NCBI GenBank assembly: GCA_963708135.1
Contig: OY970192.1
Coordinates: 1,024,001-1,088,000, forward strand
Origin: an uncultured Gemmatimonadales bacterium
Lineage (GTDB): Bacteria > Gemmatimonadota > Gemmatimonadetes > Longimicrobiales > RSA9
DNA length: 64,000 bases
Direction: 5' to 3'
The position numbers and the translations under genes were made by a program. The notes beneath the pieces were generated by a model, which searched no databases, was not told the DNA's origin, and saw nothing but the letters and a program-made list of their open reading frames with translations. Each line of letters opens with the position of its first letter. The stretch's first letter is position 1. Below are positions 21,113 through 30,890 of the stretch, piece after piece.

Positions 21113-23743
21113 ATGCTGAACTCCGAGAGGCTGACGATCAGGGCGGCCGAGGCGATCCAGACGGCGGCCGGAGAGGCACGTCGGCGGGGCAACCCGTCGC
21201 TGGAGGATGTGCACGTCATGGAGGCGCTGCTGGATCAGGAGGAATCGGTGGTGGTGCCGATCCTCCAGAAGGTGGGGGTGAACATCGCCCGGCTGCGCGA
21301 GTCGCTGCGGGAGTCACTGGAACGGCTGCCGAAGCAGACGGGCGGGGCGCAGGCGCAGGTGAGCAGAGAGCTGAACCAGATCTTCGATCGAGCGGAAGAG
21401 GAGGCGCGGGAGCTGGGGGACGAGTACGTCTCGACCGAGCACCTGCTCCTGGCGCTTTCGGAGAAGAAGGGGTCGACGACGCGGGAGCTGCTGGCGGAAC
21501 AGGGGGTGAACCGTGCGGGGCTGCTGGCGGCGGTGGAGTCGGTGCGGGGTCCGCACCGGGTGACGGACCAGGAGCCGGAGCAGAAGTACCGTGCGCTGGA
21601 GCGGTTCACGAAGGACCTGACGGAGCTGGCGCGGCGGGGGAGGCTGGACCCGGTGATCGGGCGGGACGAGGAGATCCGGCGGGTAATCCAGGTACTCTCG
21701 CGGCGGACGAAGAACAACCCCGTGCTGATCGGGGAGCCGGGTGTGGGGAAGACGGCGATCGTGGAGGGGCTGGCGCAGCGGGTGGTGAGCGGGGACGTGC
21801 CGGAGATGCTGCGGGAGAAGCGGGTGGTGCAGCTGGACCTGGGCGCGCTGGTGGCTGGGGCGAAGTATCGGGGCGAGTTCGAGGAGCGGCTGAAGGCGGT
21901 GCTGAAGGAGCTGACGGAGGCGGAGGGCCGCTACATCGTCTTCATCGACGAGCTGCACACGCTGGTGGGGGCGGGGAAGGCGGAAGGGGCGATGGACGCG
22001 GGGAACATGCTGAAGCCGGCGCTGGCGCGTGGCGAGCTGCACGTGGTGGGCGCGACGACACTGGACGAGTACCGGCTGCACGTGGAGAAGGACGCGGCGC
22101 TGGAGCGGCGGTTCCAGCCGGTGTACGTGGGAGAGCCGAGCGTGGAGGACACGGTGGCGATCCTGAGGGGGCTGAAGGAGCGTTACGAGGTGCATCACGG
22201 CGTGCGGATCACGGACGGCGCGATCGTGGCGGCGGCGCGCCTCTCGGACCGCTACATCGGCGGCCGGTTCCTGCCGGACAAGGCGATCGACCTGATCGAT
22301 GAGGCGGGCTCCCGACTGCGCATCCAGATCGACAGCCTGCCGCAGGAGATCGACGAGGTCGAGCGGCGGATCATGCAGCTGGAGATCGAGCGCACGGCGC
22401 TGGCGGCGGAGACGGATCCGGAGGCGGTGGAGCGGCGGCGACGGATCGAGGCGGAGCTGGCGGAGCTGCGCGAGAAGAGCAGCGGGATGAAGGCGCGGTG
22501 GCAGGCGGAGAAGGAGCAGATCGGCCGGTTGCGGGAGCTGAAGCAGAGGATCGACGACCTCAAGGTGGAGGCGGAGCGGGCGCAGCGGACGGGCGACCTG
22601 GCGCGGGCGGCGGAGATCCAGTACGGCGAGGTTCCGCGGCTGGAGGCCGAGCTGTCGGCCGCAGAGCAGAAGCTGTCGGAGCAGCAGGCGGAGACGCGAT
22701 TCCTGAAGGAAGAGGTGACGGCGGAGGACGTGGCGGAGGTGGTGTCGAACTGGACGGGGATCCCGGTGTCACGGATGCTGGAAACGGAGCGGCAGCGGCT
22801 GACGCACCTGGACGAGGTGCTCGGGACGCGGGTGATCGGCCAGAGGGAGGCGGTGGACGCGGTGGCGAACGCCATCCGGCGGAGCCGTGCGGGGCTGCAG
22901 GATCCGAACCGCCCGATCGGCAGCTTCATCTTCCTGGGGCCGACGGGGGTGGGCAAGACGGAGACGGCGCGGGCGCTGGCGGAGTTCCTCTTCGACGACG
23001 AGGAGGCGATGGTGCGCATCGACATGTCGGAGTACATGGAGCGGCACGCCGTGGCGCGGCTGATCGGGGCGCCGCCGGGGTACGTCGGCTACGAGGAGGG
23101 CGGCCAGCTCACGGAGGCGGTGCGCCGGCGGCCCTATTCCGTGGTGCTGTTCGACGAGATCGAGAAGGCGCACGGCGACGTCTTCAACGTGCTGCTGCAG
23201 ATCCTGGACGATGGGCGCCTGACCGACTCGCAGGGGCGCACGGTGGACTTCCGGAACACCGTCATCATCATGACGTCGAACATCGGCAGCCCGCTGATCC
23301 TCGAGCACGCCGGCGCCGGGGACTGGGAGCGGGTCGAAACCCGCGTGCTGGACGAGCTCCGCCGGCACTTCCGGCCGGAGTTCCTGAACCGCGTGGACGA
23401 CATCATCGTCTTCCGGCCGCTCGGGGAGGCGGAGCTCGAGAAGATCGTCGGGCTCCAGCTCCGGCGCGTCGAGCAGCTCCTGGCGGAACGTCGGATCGGG
23501 CTGCGGATCACGCCGGCCGCGCGGCAGCTGATCGCGGAGGAGGGGTACGACCCGGCGTTCGGCGCGCGGCCGCTGAAGCGCGCCATCCAGCGGCTGGTGC
23601 AGAACCCGCTGGCGCTGCGGCTGCTGGAGGGCGAGTTCCAGGATGGCGACACGATCGTCGTGGACCGGCAGGATGGCGCGGCCGCACTGACGTTCCACAA
23701 GGGGCAGCCGGAAGCGGCGGACAGCCAGCCGGCCGTGGCTTGA
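21113..23743 (+). CDS. clpB: ATP-dependent chaperone ClpB
   Basis: Two AAA+ modules ([16 protein letters not shown]), long middle coiled coil, GYVGYEEGG pore loop, GARPLKR. Confidence 0.98.
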   Translation: MLNSERLTIRAAEAIQTAAGEARRRGNPSLEDVHVMEALLDQEESVVVPILQKVGVNIARLRESLRESLERLPKQTGGAQAQVSRELNQIFDRAEEEARELGDEYVSTEHLLLALSEKKGSTTRELLAEQGVNRAGLLAAVESVRGPHRVTDQEPEQKYRALERFTKDLTELARRGRLDPVIGRDEEIRRVIQVLSRRTKNNPVLIGEPGVGKTAIVEGLAQRVVSGDVPEMLREKRVVQLDLGALVAGAKYRGEFEERLKAVLKELTEAEGRYIVFIDELHTLVGAGKAEGAMDAGNMLKPALARGELHVVGATTLDEYRLHVEKDAALERRFQPVYVGEPSVEDTVAILRGLKERYEVHHGVRITDGAIVAAARLSDRYIGGRFLPDKAIDLIDEAGSRLRIQIDSLPQEIDEVERRIMQLEIERTALAAETDPEAVERRRRIEAELAELREKSSGMKARWQAEKEQIGRLRELKQRIDDLKVEAERAQRTGDLARAAEIQYGEVPRLEAELSAAEQKLSEQQAETRFLKEEVTAEDVAEVVSNWTGIPVSRMLETERQRLTHLDEVLGTRVIGQREAVDAVANAIRRSRAGLQDPNRPIGSFIFLGPTGVGKTETARALAEFLFDDEEAMVRIDMSEYMERHAVARLIGAPPGYVGYEEGGQLTEAVRRRPYSVVLFDEIEKAHGDVFNVLLQILDDGRLTDSQGRTVDFRNTVIIMTSNIGSPLILEHAGAGDWERVETRVLDELRRHFRPEFLNRVDDIIVFRPLGEAELEKIVGLQLRRVEQLLAERRIGLRITPAARQLIAEEGYDPAFGARPLKRAIQRLVQNPLALRLLEGEFQDGDTIVVDRQDGAAALTFHKGQPEAADSQPAVA

Positions 23744-23769
23744 CAGAGCGAGGGCGGCGGTCCTACCAT
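23740..23769 (+). promoter_or_regulatory. Sigma70 promoter overlapping the clpB stop codon
   Basis: TTGACA(23740-23745)-N18-TACCAT(23764-23769). Confidence 0.6.
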
Positions 23770-23827
23770 CCGCGCCGCGGTCCCGGCGCTCACGGGGCCG
23801 CGGCGCTTCTCTTCCGGAGTCCATTCC

Positions 23828-24295
23828 ATGATGCCTTCCGTGCGGACCGGGCTGAGAGCGCTGCCGACCTGTGGTCTGGCGGCGCTCCTCGCGTTCGGGT
23901 GCGTGAAGCGGACCGTCGAGCCGGTGTCGAGCGGTCCCGCGACGACGGGGATCGCCCCGCAGCTCGTCATCGAGCAATTCCTGCGCGCGGCGAACGCCAA
24001 TGACCTCCAGCAGATGGGCCGCCTCTTCGGCACAGCGGACGGCAGCGTGCTGCAGCGCGACCCGCGCAGCGAGGTCGAGAAACGAATGTTCGCCATCGCG
24101 TCGCTGCTGCGGCACCAGGACTACACGATCCAGGGCCAGTCGATCGTGCCCGGCCGCGACGACGAGATCCGGCTGGCCGTCCGCCTGAAGCGGGAGAAGG
24201 ACGAGGTGGTGGTGCCGTTCACGCTGGTGCGCACGCACGACGGCGGCTGGCTCATCACCGACATCGACCTGACGGCGGTGACGTCGAAACCGTGA
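23828..24295 (+). CDS. Hypothetical lipoprotein (NTF2-like topology suspected)
   Basis: Lipobox LAFGC; QFLRAANANDL..M and C-terminal WLITDID pattern; GGAG SD. Confidence 0.75.
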   Translation: MMPSVRTGLRALPTCGLAALLAFGCVKRTVEPVSSGPATTGIAPQLVIEQFLRAANANDLQQMGRLFGTADGSVLQRDPRSEVEKRMFAIASLLRHQDYTIQGQSIVPGRDDEIRLAVRLKREKDEVVVPFTLVRTHDGGWLITDIDLTAVTSKP

Positions 24296-24362
24296 AGGCC
24301 GCCCGGAACGGCCCTGGTGCGGTGGTGAGCGAGGGCGCCGGTTTCGAGCCCGAGCCGCCGGT

Positions 24363-24764
24363 TCAGCCTTCGACCAGCTCGACGAGGACGCCGGCCATGG
24401 AGGAGGGGTGGAGGAAGGCGACGCGGTGGCCGCGCGCGCCGGGGCGGGGCGCGCGATCAATGAGGCGGACACCGGCCTCCACGAGGCGGGCGAGAGCGGC
24501 GTCCAGGTCGGGGACGCGGTAAGCAATGTGGTGGAGCCCGGGGCCGCGACGCTCGAGGAAGCGGGCGACGGAGCCGTCGGCGGTGATCGGCTGGATCAGC
24601 TCGAGGCGGACCGGCCCCGCACCGAGGAAGGCGACATCGACGCCCTGGCTCTCGACGCGCTCGATGGCGGAACCGCCGGCGCCGGTCGTGTGTTGATAGA
24701 GGAGCGCGGCCTCCGCGATGGAGGGGACCGCGATCGCAATGTGGTCGAGGGGAAGCGCGTCCAT
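24363..24764 (-). CDS. mce: Methylmalonyl-CoA epimerase (VOC family)
   Basis: LDHIAIAV, VESQGVDVAFL, FLERRGPGLHHIAYRV, VAFLHP..GVLVELVE. Confidence 0.93.
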   Translation of the reverse strand: MDALPLDHIAIAVPSIAEAALLYQHTTGAGGSAIERVESQGVDVAFLGAGPVRLELIQPITADGSVARFLERRGPGLHHIAYRVPDLDAALARLVEAGVRLIDRAPRPGARGHRVAFLHPSSMAGVLVELVEG

Positions 24765-24870
24765 TGTGCACCCTTCATCGGCCGGGTTCTTGCAACCCGG
24801 AGATTGGGAAGTTAACGAGCCGGCGCGGCGCTTCCAAGCTGCGGCCGTGAGGAAACAAAAGGAGATCGGG

Positions 24871-25206
24871 ATGGCTGAGAACGGCAAGGTCGTCGCCGTA
24901 ACCAATGCGACGTTCGAGAGCGAGATCGAGAAGACGGGCGGGCTGGCGCTCGTCGATTTCTGGGCCGTGTGGTGCGGCCCGTGCAAGATGGTGGCACCGG
25001 TGGTGGAGCAGCTCGCCAACGAGTACGAGGGAAAGCTGAAGGTTCGGAAGCTGGACGTGGACTCGAACCAGCAGACGGCGATGCGCTTCAACATCCGGTC
25101 GATTCCGAGCATCCTGTTCTTCAAGGACGGGAAGCACGTGGACACCGTGGTGGGCGCCGTGCCGAAGGCGTACCTCGACCGCAAGGTGCAGGAGCACCTC
25201 GGCTGA
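24871..25206 (+). CDS. trxA: Thioredoxin
   Basis: DFWAVWCGPCK, IRSIPS; AAGGAG SD. Confidence 0.97.
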   Translation: MAENGKVVAVTNATFESEIEKTGGLALVDFWAVWCGPCKMVAPVVEQLANEYEGKLKVRKLDVDSNQQTAMRFNIRSIPSILFFKDGKHVDTVVGAVPKAYLDRKVQEHLG

Positions 25207-25227
25207 GCGGAGCGCGGCGGCGCGGAT

Positions 25228-25287
25228 CCGGGCGCCGCACCGAGCGGCTCCGGCGGGGCGCCGGAGCCGCTCGGCCGCGGCGCCCGG
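25228..25287. repeat. Long GC-rich inverted repeat (hairpin) between trxA and rsmI
   Basis: Perfect 16-bp stem 25240-25255/25259-25274 plus outer 11-bp stem 25228-25238/25277-25287; no U-tract. Confidence 0.8.
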
Positions 25288-25326
25288 CCGCATCCGGGGC
25301 CGCCCCCCTCCCACTGGCGTAACTCC

Positions 25327-26184
25327 ATGTCCCAGCTTTATATTGTCAGTACTCCAATCGGGAACCTGTCCGACATCACGTACCGCGCCGTAGAGGTTCT
25401 CGGCGAGGTTGACCGCATCCTGGCGGAAGACACCCGCCGCACGTCCATCCTGCTGCGTCATTACGGCATCGCGACACCGCTGGTCTCAGCGCACGAGCAC
25501 AACGAGGCGGCGCGAGCGGCGCAGGTCGTAGCCTGGCTCGACGCCGGGGAGCGGCTGGCCCTGGTCTCGGACGCGGGCACTCCGCTGGTGTCGGATCCCG
25601 GCGCACGGATCGTGCAAGGCGCGGTGACCGCTGGGCATACGGTGGTCCCGGTGCCTGGCGCTTCGGCGCTCCTGGCCGCCCTGGCGGGATCGGGGCTGGA
25701 GACGGGGGCGTTCACGTTCCTCGGCTTTCCTCCGCGCGCCGGCGGAGGGCGACGGGGGCTGCTCGAGGCGGTGGCGGCACTCGATCATGTGGCGGTGCTG
25801 TACGAGGCGCCGGGGCGGGTGGCGCGGCTCCTGGCGGAGCTGGCCGGGGCGTGTGGCGGGGAGCGACGGGCGGTGGTGGCGCGCGAGCTGACGAAGGTCC
25901 ACGAGACATTCTGGCGGGGAACCCTCACCGAGGCGACCGCCTATTACGCGGGGGAGCGGGTGCGGGGCGAGGTGGTGGTGCTGGTGGCGGGGCGGGGGCA
26001 GGTGGAGCATGCGGCGGAGGCGGCGGAGGCGGAATCGGCGGCGCGCGGCCATGCGCGGCTCCGGCTGAGTGAAGGGAAGCGTCCGAGCGCGGTCGCGCGG
26101 GAGGTGGCGACGCGCTTTGCGCTTTCCAGGAATCGGGCGTACGAGATCGTCCTCTCGGAGCGGGAGGGCGGCGAAGGAGGTTGA
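25327..26184 (+). CDS. rsmI: 16S rRNA (cytidine1402-2'-O)-methyltransferase
   Basis: LYIVSTPIGNLSDIT, AEDTR, VSDAGTPLVSDPG, RELTKVHE, RGEVV. Confidence 0.96.
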   Translation: MSQLYIVSTPIGNLSDITYRAVEVLGEVDRILAEDTRRTSILLRHYGIATPLVSAHEHNEAARAAQVVAWLDAGERLALVSDAGTPLVSDPGARIVQGAVTAGHTVVPVPGASALLAALAGSGLETGAFTFLGFPPRAGGGRRGLLEAVAALDHVAVLYEAPGRVARLLAELAGACGGERRAVVARELTKVHETFWRGTLTEATAYYAGERVRGEVVVLVAGRGQVEHAAEAAEAESAARGHARLRLSEGKRPSAVAREVATRFALSRNRAYEIVLSEREGGEGG

Positions 26185-26187
26185 GGT

Positions 26188-26895
26188 TTGAGGTCCCTGG
26201 CGCTGGCTCTGGTGCTGGTCGCGGCGGCCCCCGCCGCATCGGTGGTCCGCGGACTCGCGGCGGGCATGGCGCCGGTGGCGATCGCGGCGGCCCCGACGTT
26301 CACGATCGCGCAGCTGCAGTACGAGGGAGGCGGCGACTGGTACGCGAATCCGTCCGGCCTTCCGAACCTGCTCGGCGCGATCCGGGCGCGGGCGGGTCTG
26401 CCGGTGGCGGCGCGGCCGGTGCACGTGAAGCTGACCGACCCGGACCTCTGGTTGTATCCCTACCTGTACATGACCGGCCACGGGAACGTGCACTTCACGG
26501 ATGAGGAGGTGCAGATCCTGAGGAAGTATCTCTCGTCGGGCGGGTTCCTGCACGCGGACGACAACTACGGGATGGACGAGAGCTTCCGGCGCGAGATCCA
26601 GCGGGTGTTCCCCGACTCGAAGCTGGTGGAGCTTCCGCTCACCCACCCGATCTACCACGACTTCTACCAGTTCCCGCGGGGCCTGCCAAAGGTGCACAAG
26701 CACGACGGCAAGCCCGCGCAGGGATTCGGGATCTTCCATGACGGGCGGCTGGTGGTCTTCTACGACTACCAGTGCGACCTGGGCAACGGCTGGGAGAACG
26801 TCGGCACGTACGACGACCCGCCGGCGCTGCACGAAGCGGCGCTCCGGATGGGCGTGAACCTGTTCCTCTACGCGATGTCGCAGGTGACGCGATGA
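26188..26895 (+). CDS. Exported DUF4159-like protein
   Basis: Signal peptide; YEGGGDWYANP, YPYLYMTGHG, GGFLHADDNYG, DLGNGWE, ALRMGVN. Confidence 0.85.
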   Translation: MRSLALALVLVAAAPAASVVRGLAAGMAPVAIAAAPTFTIAQLQYEGGGDWYANPSGLPNLLGAIRARAGLPVAARPVHVKLTDPDLWLYPYLYMTGHGNVHFTDEEVQILRKYLSSGGFLHADDNYGMDESFRREIQRVFPDSKLVELPLTHPIYHDFYQFPRGLPKVHKHDGKPAQGFGIFHDGRLVVFYDYQCDLGNGWENVGTYDDPPALHEAALRMGVNLFLYAMSQVTR

Positions 26896-29800
26896 GCCCG
26901 GGCACGAGTACTCTCTGGAACGCGGTCCGCACCGCCCGGCGGCGGGTGCGGCGCGATGGCGTGCTGGCCGCCGTCCTGCTGGTGGCGGCGCTGGCGCCGC
27001 TGGTGCTCGCGGTGGGCTGGGCGTTGGGTGGCCTGCCGGCGTGGGTGGCGCCGAGCCCGGCGCCGCTGCTGCTGGAGGTGCTCGCCGGCGCGGCCGCGGT
27101 GGGTGGAGCGGCGTGGGCGTTCCGCCACTGGATCCGGGCGTTCGACGATGCGGGCGCGGCGGCCGCCGCGGAATCCACGCTCGGACTGCCGCAGGGCGCG
27201 GTGCGGGGCGTGCTGGAGCTCAGCCGCGCGGTCCCGGAGGGGACGTCGGCGGCGCTCTACCAGCACGCGGAGGCGGACGTCGCGCGGCGCATGGCGGCCA
27301 CGTCGCCGGAGCTGCTGGTGGGAGAGGCGGGGGCGCGGGCGCGGCGGCGTCGCACGCGCAGCGTGCTGGCGTTCAGCGGCGCCGTGGCGCTGGCGGCGGC
27401 GCTCGGCTTCTCCTCGCCGACACGGTCGCGGGCGGGCTGGCAGCCGCTGCTTCATCCGGTGGCCAACCTGCGGCCGCCGCCGCTGCCGCCGATGGTGGTG
27501 CGCCCCGGCGACGCCCGGGTCGCGCGCGGCACGGCGCTCGACGTACGGATCGAGGCGCCGCGGCGGGACGCGGTGGTGCTGCACTGGCGCGCCGCGGGCA
27601 ATGTAGCGCGCGAGCGGAGGGTCGATCTGCGGAGCGGCGTCGGCGCGACGAAGCTCGCGAGCATCGAGGCACGACTCAGCTACTGGGTCACGAGCCCGGA
27701 CGGCACGGAGAGCGAGCACTACACGGTGACACCCGTGGATCCGCTGCTGCTGTCGGACCTGAAGGTGGACGTGGTCTACCCGTCGTACCTGGCGCGGACG
27801 CCGGAGCGGTTCGAGGGGGAGTTGCCTCCGCTCGAGATTCCGGCCGGCACCGAGCTGGTCGTGCGGGGACGCGCGACGCGGGATCTGTCGGCGGCCACGC
27901 TGGACGGGCCTCCGGGCGGGCAGAGGATCGGCTTCAGCGTGGCGGCGAGCGGGTTCGCGGGCCGGTGGCGGCCGCGGGCGAGCGGCACCTATCGCTGGCG
28001 GCTCGAGGACCGGGCCGGCGGCGGTGCCTCGGACGTGGCGGCGCCACTCGAGGTCACGGTCCTGCCGGACAGCGTGCCGCACGTGGAAGTGGTGGTGCCG
28101 GCGGCGGACACGACGCTGGGCGAGGACATGACGCAGGGGGTGGCGGCGAGCGCGTGGGACGACCACGGCCTGCGCTCCGCCACGCTGGTCAGCTGGCGCA
28201 GCAGCGCGCTCGGCGGGCAGGACGCGAAGGTAGAGCAGGCGCTGCCGCTGACGGGCGTGGAGGACCGGCTCGCGCTCCAGGCGCTGCTGGACGCGAGCGA
28301 CCGGCACCTGCTGCCGGGCGACACGCTGCGCTTCTTCATCCGGGTCGTGGACAACTCGCCGGCCCGACAGGTGGGGGTCTCGCGTACGGTGTCGCTGCGC
28401 CTGCCCGGCATGGACGAGATCCGGCAGCAGGCGGACGAGGCGGCGCAGTCGATGGTGCGCGACGCGACCTCGCTCGCGGAGTCCGCGAAGGCGGTGCAGG
28501 AGGCGACGCGGGACCTGGCGCGGCAGTCGGCGTCGAGCAACACGCGCAGCAGCGGTCACGACGGCAGCCCGGGCCGGCCGCAGAGTGGGGGCGGCCCCGG
28601 CTCGCTGGACTACGACCGCGCGCAGAAGGCCAACCAGGTGCTGGACCAGCAGCAGGCAATGGTAGACCAGGTCGAGAAGCTGCAGAAGCGGACGGAGGAG
28701 CTCCGGAACGCGATGGAGGCGGCGGGGCTCCAGGATCCGGAACTCCAGAAGCGGCTGGACGAGCTGGAGAAGCTGTATCAGCAGATCCTCACGCCCGAGC
28801 TGCGCCAGAAGCTGCAGGCGCTGCAGCAGGCGCTGCAGCAGATGGACGCGCAGAAGGTGCAGCAGGCGCTCGAGCAGCTGGCGCAGGACCAGAAGCAGTT
28901 CCAGGACAAGCTGGAGCAGAGTCTGGCGCTGCTGCGGCGGGCGGCGGCCGAGCAGCAGATGAACTCGCTGGCGCAGCAGGCGCGGGAGCTGTCGCGCCAG
29001 CAAGAGGCGCTGGCGCAGCAGCTGAAGAGCGGTGATCCGAGACCGGACTCCTCTCCCGAGCCGTCCGCCGAGAAGCCGGAGCAGCAGCCGGATTCGGCCC
29101 GCGCGCAGGAAGGGCCGAAGCCTCCCGTCGGGCTCAAGCTGCCGATCCCGGGCCGGCAGAAGACCGAGGGCGGGGCGGCGCGCAAGCAGGGCGACGAGGG
29201 TGGGGATCAGAAGAGCGGGGCTCAGAAGAACGGCCAGGGCAGGAACGCCCGGGGCGAGTCGAAGTCGCAGGGGAAGCAGGAGGCGCAGGGGGAGCGGAAG
29301 GACGCGGCGTCAGCCGGGAAGCGGCAGGGCGATCTGGCGGCGCGAGCCGACTCGCTGCGGCAGGCGATCGAGCAGCTCGAGCAGCAGCTCTCGCAGCAGG
29401 GCGAGCAGGAGGCCGCGAAGCGGACGGACGATGCGGGCAGGCAGACGGGCTCGGCGCAGCAGGCCATGGCGCAGGCCGCGCGCGAGGCGGGGCAGCGGCC
29501 GGACCAGGCGGCCAGGTCGGGGGAGGAGGGGGCGCAGCAGCTCTCCCAGGCGGCGGAGACGCTGGACCAGACGCGGCAGGCAATGTCGGACTCGTGGAAG
29601 CAGGAGGTCCAGCAGGCGGTGCAGCAGGCCACCAACGAAGCGGTCTCGCTGGCGCAGCGGCAGGCGACGCTGGCGAAGCGGATGAAGGAGCAGCAGCAGA
29701 AGGGCGACTCGTCGCAGGACGGGCAGGGCGAGGAGCATCGTCGGACGGAGTCGGCGCAGCTGCCGAAGCCGCCGCAGCTCGGGCAGCAGCAGGGCCAGGG

Positions 29801-30890
29801 GGGCGGAAAGCAGGGCGGCAAGCCGCAGCAGAACCAATCCGGAGGCAAGCAGGGCGGGCAGGTGCAGAGCGCGCAGGAGGGCGGGCAGTCCGGCGGTGGG
29901 CACTCCGGGAGCCAGGGCCAGCAGCCGAACGGCGGCGGCCAGGGTGGAGGGGGCGGGAGTGCGGGCGGGCAGTCGAGCGCGCCGCAGAGCCCGGCCGAGA
30001 TGCGCTCGGAGCAGGAGGCGCTGAAGCAGGGCCTGGAGACGCTGGGGCGGAACCTCTCGGAGGCGGGGCAGCGCTCGGCGATGATGAACCGCGAGGTCGG
30101 AGCGGCGCTTGGGCGGGCCATGCTGAACATGCAGCAGACGCTGCAGGGCATGGAGCAGAAGGCACCGGGCGGTCAGCAGCTGCCGGTCGAGCAGGCGCAG
30201 CAGACGGTGGACGCGCTGAACCGGCTCGCGCTGGCGCTGGCCACGAACAACCAGCAGATCGCGCAGTCGCAGTCGGGCACGGGGATGCAGCAGGCGCTCG
30301 AGCAGCTCTCGGAGCTGGCGAAGCAGCAGGGCGGGCTGAACGGGCAGACGAGCTCGCTCATGCCGCTCAACCTCGGGCGCCAGACGATGTCGCAGCAGCT
30401 GCAGCAGCTGGCGCAGCAGCAGCGCGCGATTGCCAAGAAGCTGGGTGGGATGCAGAACATGGGCGGGCAGGAGGACCTGCTCGGCCGGGTTGACAAGATG
30501 GCGCACGACGCCGACCAGCTGGCGCAGGACCTCAGTGGCGGGCGGCTGACGCCGGAGATCCTGCAGCGGCAGGAGAAGCTGTTCCACCGGCTGCTCGACG
30601 CGGGCCGCACGCTCGAGCGCGACGAGGTGAGCAACAAGCGGGTGGCCGAGCGGCCGGGCGACGTGGGCGCGTCGGCCGGCAAGGCGCTCGATCCGGCGCT
30701 CCTGCGGGGCGGGCTGCGCTACCCGCTGCCGTCGGCGGCGGAGCTGCAGGCGCTTCCGCCCGCCTACCGGCGGCTGATCCTGGAGTACTTCGACCGGCTC
30801 AACCGCGCGTCGGCGCCGGACTCCACGCCGGCGGGCGGGCAGGCCGCGCCGGAGCCGCCCGCCGCCGCGTCGCCGAAGGAGCGTCCGTGA
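26892..30890 (+). CDS. Large membrane-anchored coiled-coil protein (DUF4175-like)
   Basis: Three N-terminal hydrophobic segments, beta-rich region with DDHGL, long Q/E coiled coils with G/Q linkers, C-terminal YRRLILEYFDRL; ATGA coupling. Confidence 0.8.
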   Translation: MSPGTSTLWNAVRTARRRVRRDGVLAAVLLVAALAPLVLAVGWALGGLPAWVAPSPAPLLLEVLAGAAAVGGAAWAFRHWIRAFDDAGAAAAAESTLGLPQGAVRGVLELSRAVPEGTSAALYQHAEADVARRMAATSPELLVGEAGARARRRRTRSVLAFSGAVALAAALGFSSPTRSRAGWQPLLHPVANLRPPPLPPMVVRPGDARVARGTALDVRIEAPRRDAVVLHWRAAGNVARERRVDLRSGVGATKLASIEARLSYWVTSPDGTESEHYTVTPVDPLLLSDLKVDVVYPSYLARTPERFEGELPPLEIPAGTELVVRGRATRDLSAATLDGPPGGQRIGFSVAASGFAGRWRPRASGTYRWRLEDRAGGGASDVAAPLEVTVLPDSVPHVEVVVPAADTTLGEDMTQGVAASAWDDHGLRSATLVSWRSSALGGQDAKVEQALPLTGVEDRLALQALLDASDRHLLPGDTLRFFIRVVDNSPARQVGVSRTVSLRLPGMDEIRQQADEAAQSMVRDATSLAESAKAVQEATRDLARQSASSNTRSSGHDGSPGRPQSGGGPGSLDYDRAQKANQVLDQQQAMVDQVEKLQKRTEELRNAMEAAGLQDPELQKRLDELEKLYQQILTPELRQKLQALQQALQQMDAQKVQQALEQLAQDQKQFQDKLEQSLALLRRAAAEQQMNSLAQQARELSRQQEALAQQLKSGDPRPDSSPEPSAEKPEQQPDSARAQEGPKPPVGLKLPIPGRQKTEGGAARKQGDEGGDQKSGAQKNGQGRNARGESKSQGKQEAQGERKDAASAGKRQGDLAARADSLRQAIEQLEQQLSQQGEQEAAKRTDDAGRQTGSAQQAMAQAAREAGQRPDQAARSGEEGAQQLSQAAETLDQTRQAMSDSWKQEVQQAVQQATNEAVSLAQRQATLAKRMKEQQQKGDSSQDGQGEEHRRTESAQLPKPPQLGQQQGQGGGKQGGKPQQNQSGGKQGGQVQSAQEGGQSGGGHSGSQGQQPNGGGQGGGGGSAGGQSSAPQSPAEMRSEQEALKQGLETLGRNLSEAGQRSAMMNREVGAALGRAMLNMQQTLQGMEQKAPGGQQLPVEQAQQTVDALNRLALALATNNQQIAQSQSGTGMQQALEQLSELAKQQGGLNGQTSSLMPLNLGRQTMSQQLQQLAQQQRAIAKKLGGMQNMGGQEDLLGRVDKMAHDADQLAQDLSGGRLTPEILQRQEKLFHRLLDAGRTLERDEVSNKRVAERPGDVGASAGKALDPALLRGGLRYPLPSAAELQALPPAYRRLILEYFDRLNRASAPDSTPAGGQAAPEPPAAASPKERP

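Noticed and set aside
24318..24362. tRNA-like 3' end on the minus strand (GGCTCGAAACC...CACCA)
   Set aside because: The T-stem does not pair, spacing to CCA is wrong, and no cloverleaf can be built.
28990..30000. Q/G-rich low-complexity stretch as a DNA repeat element
   Set aside because: It is in-frame coding linker sequence of the large coiled-coil protein with no fixed nucleotide period.
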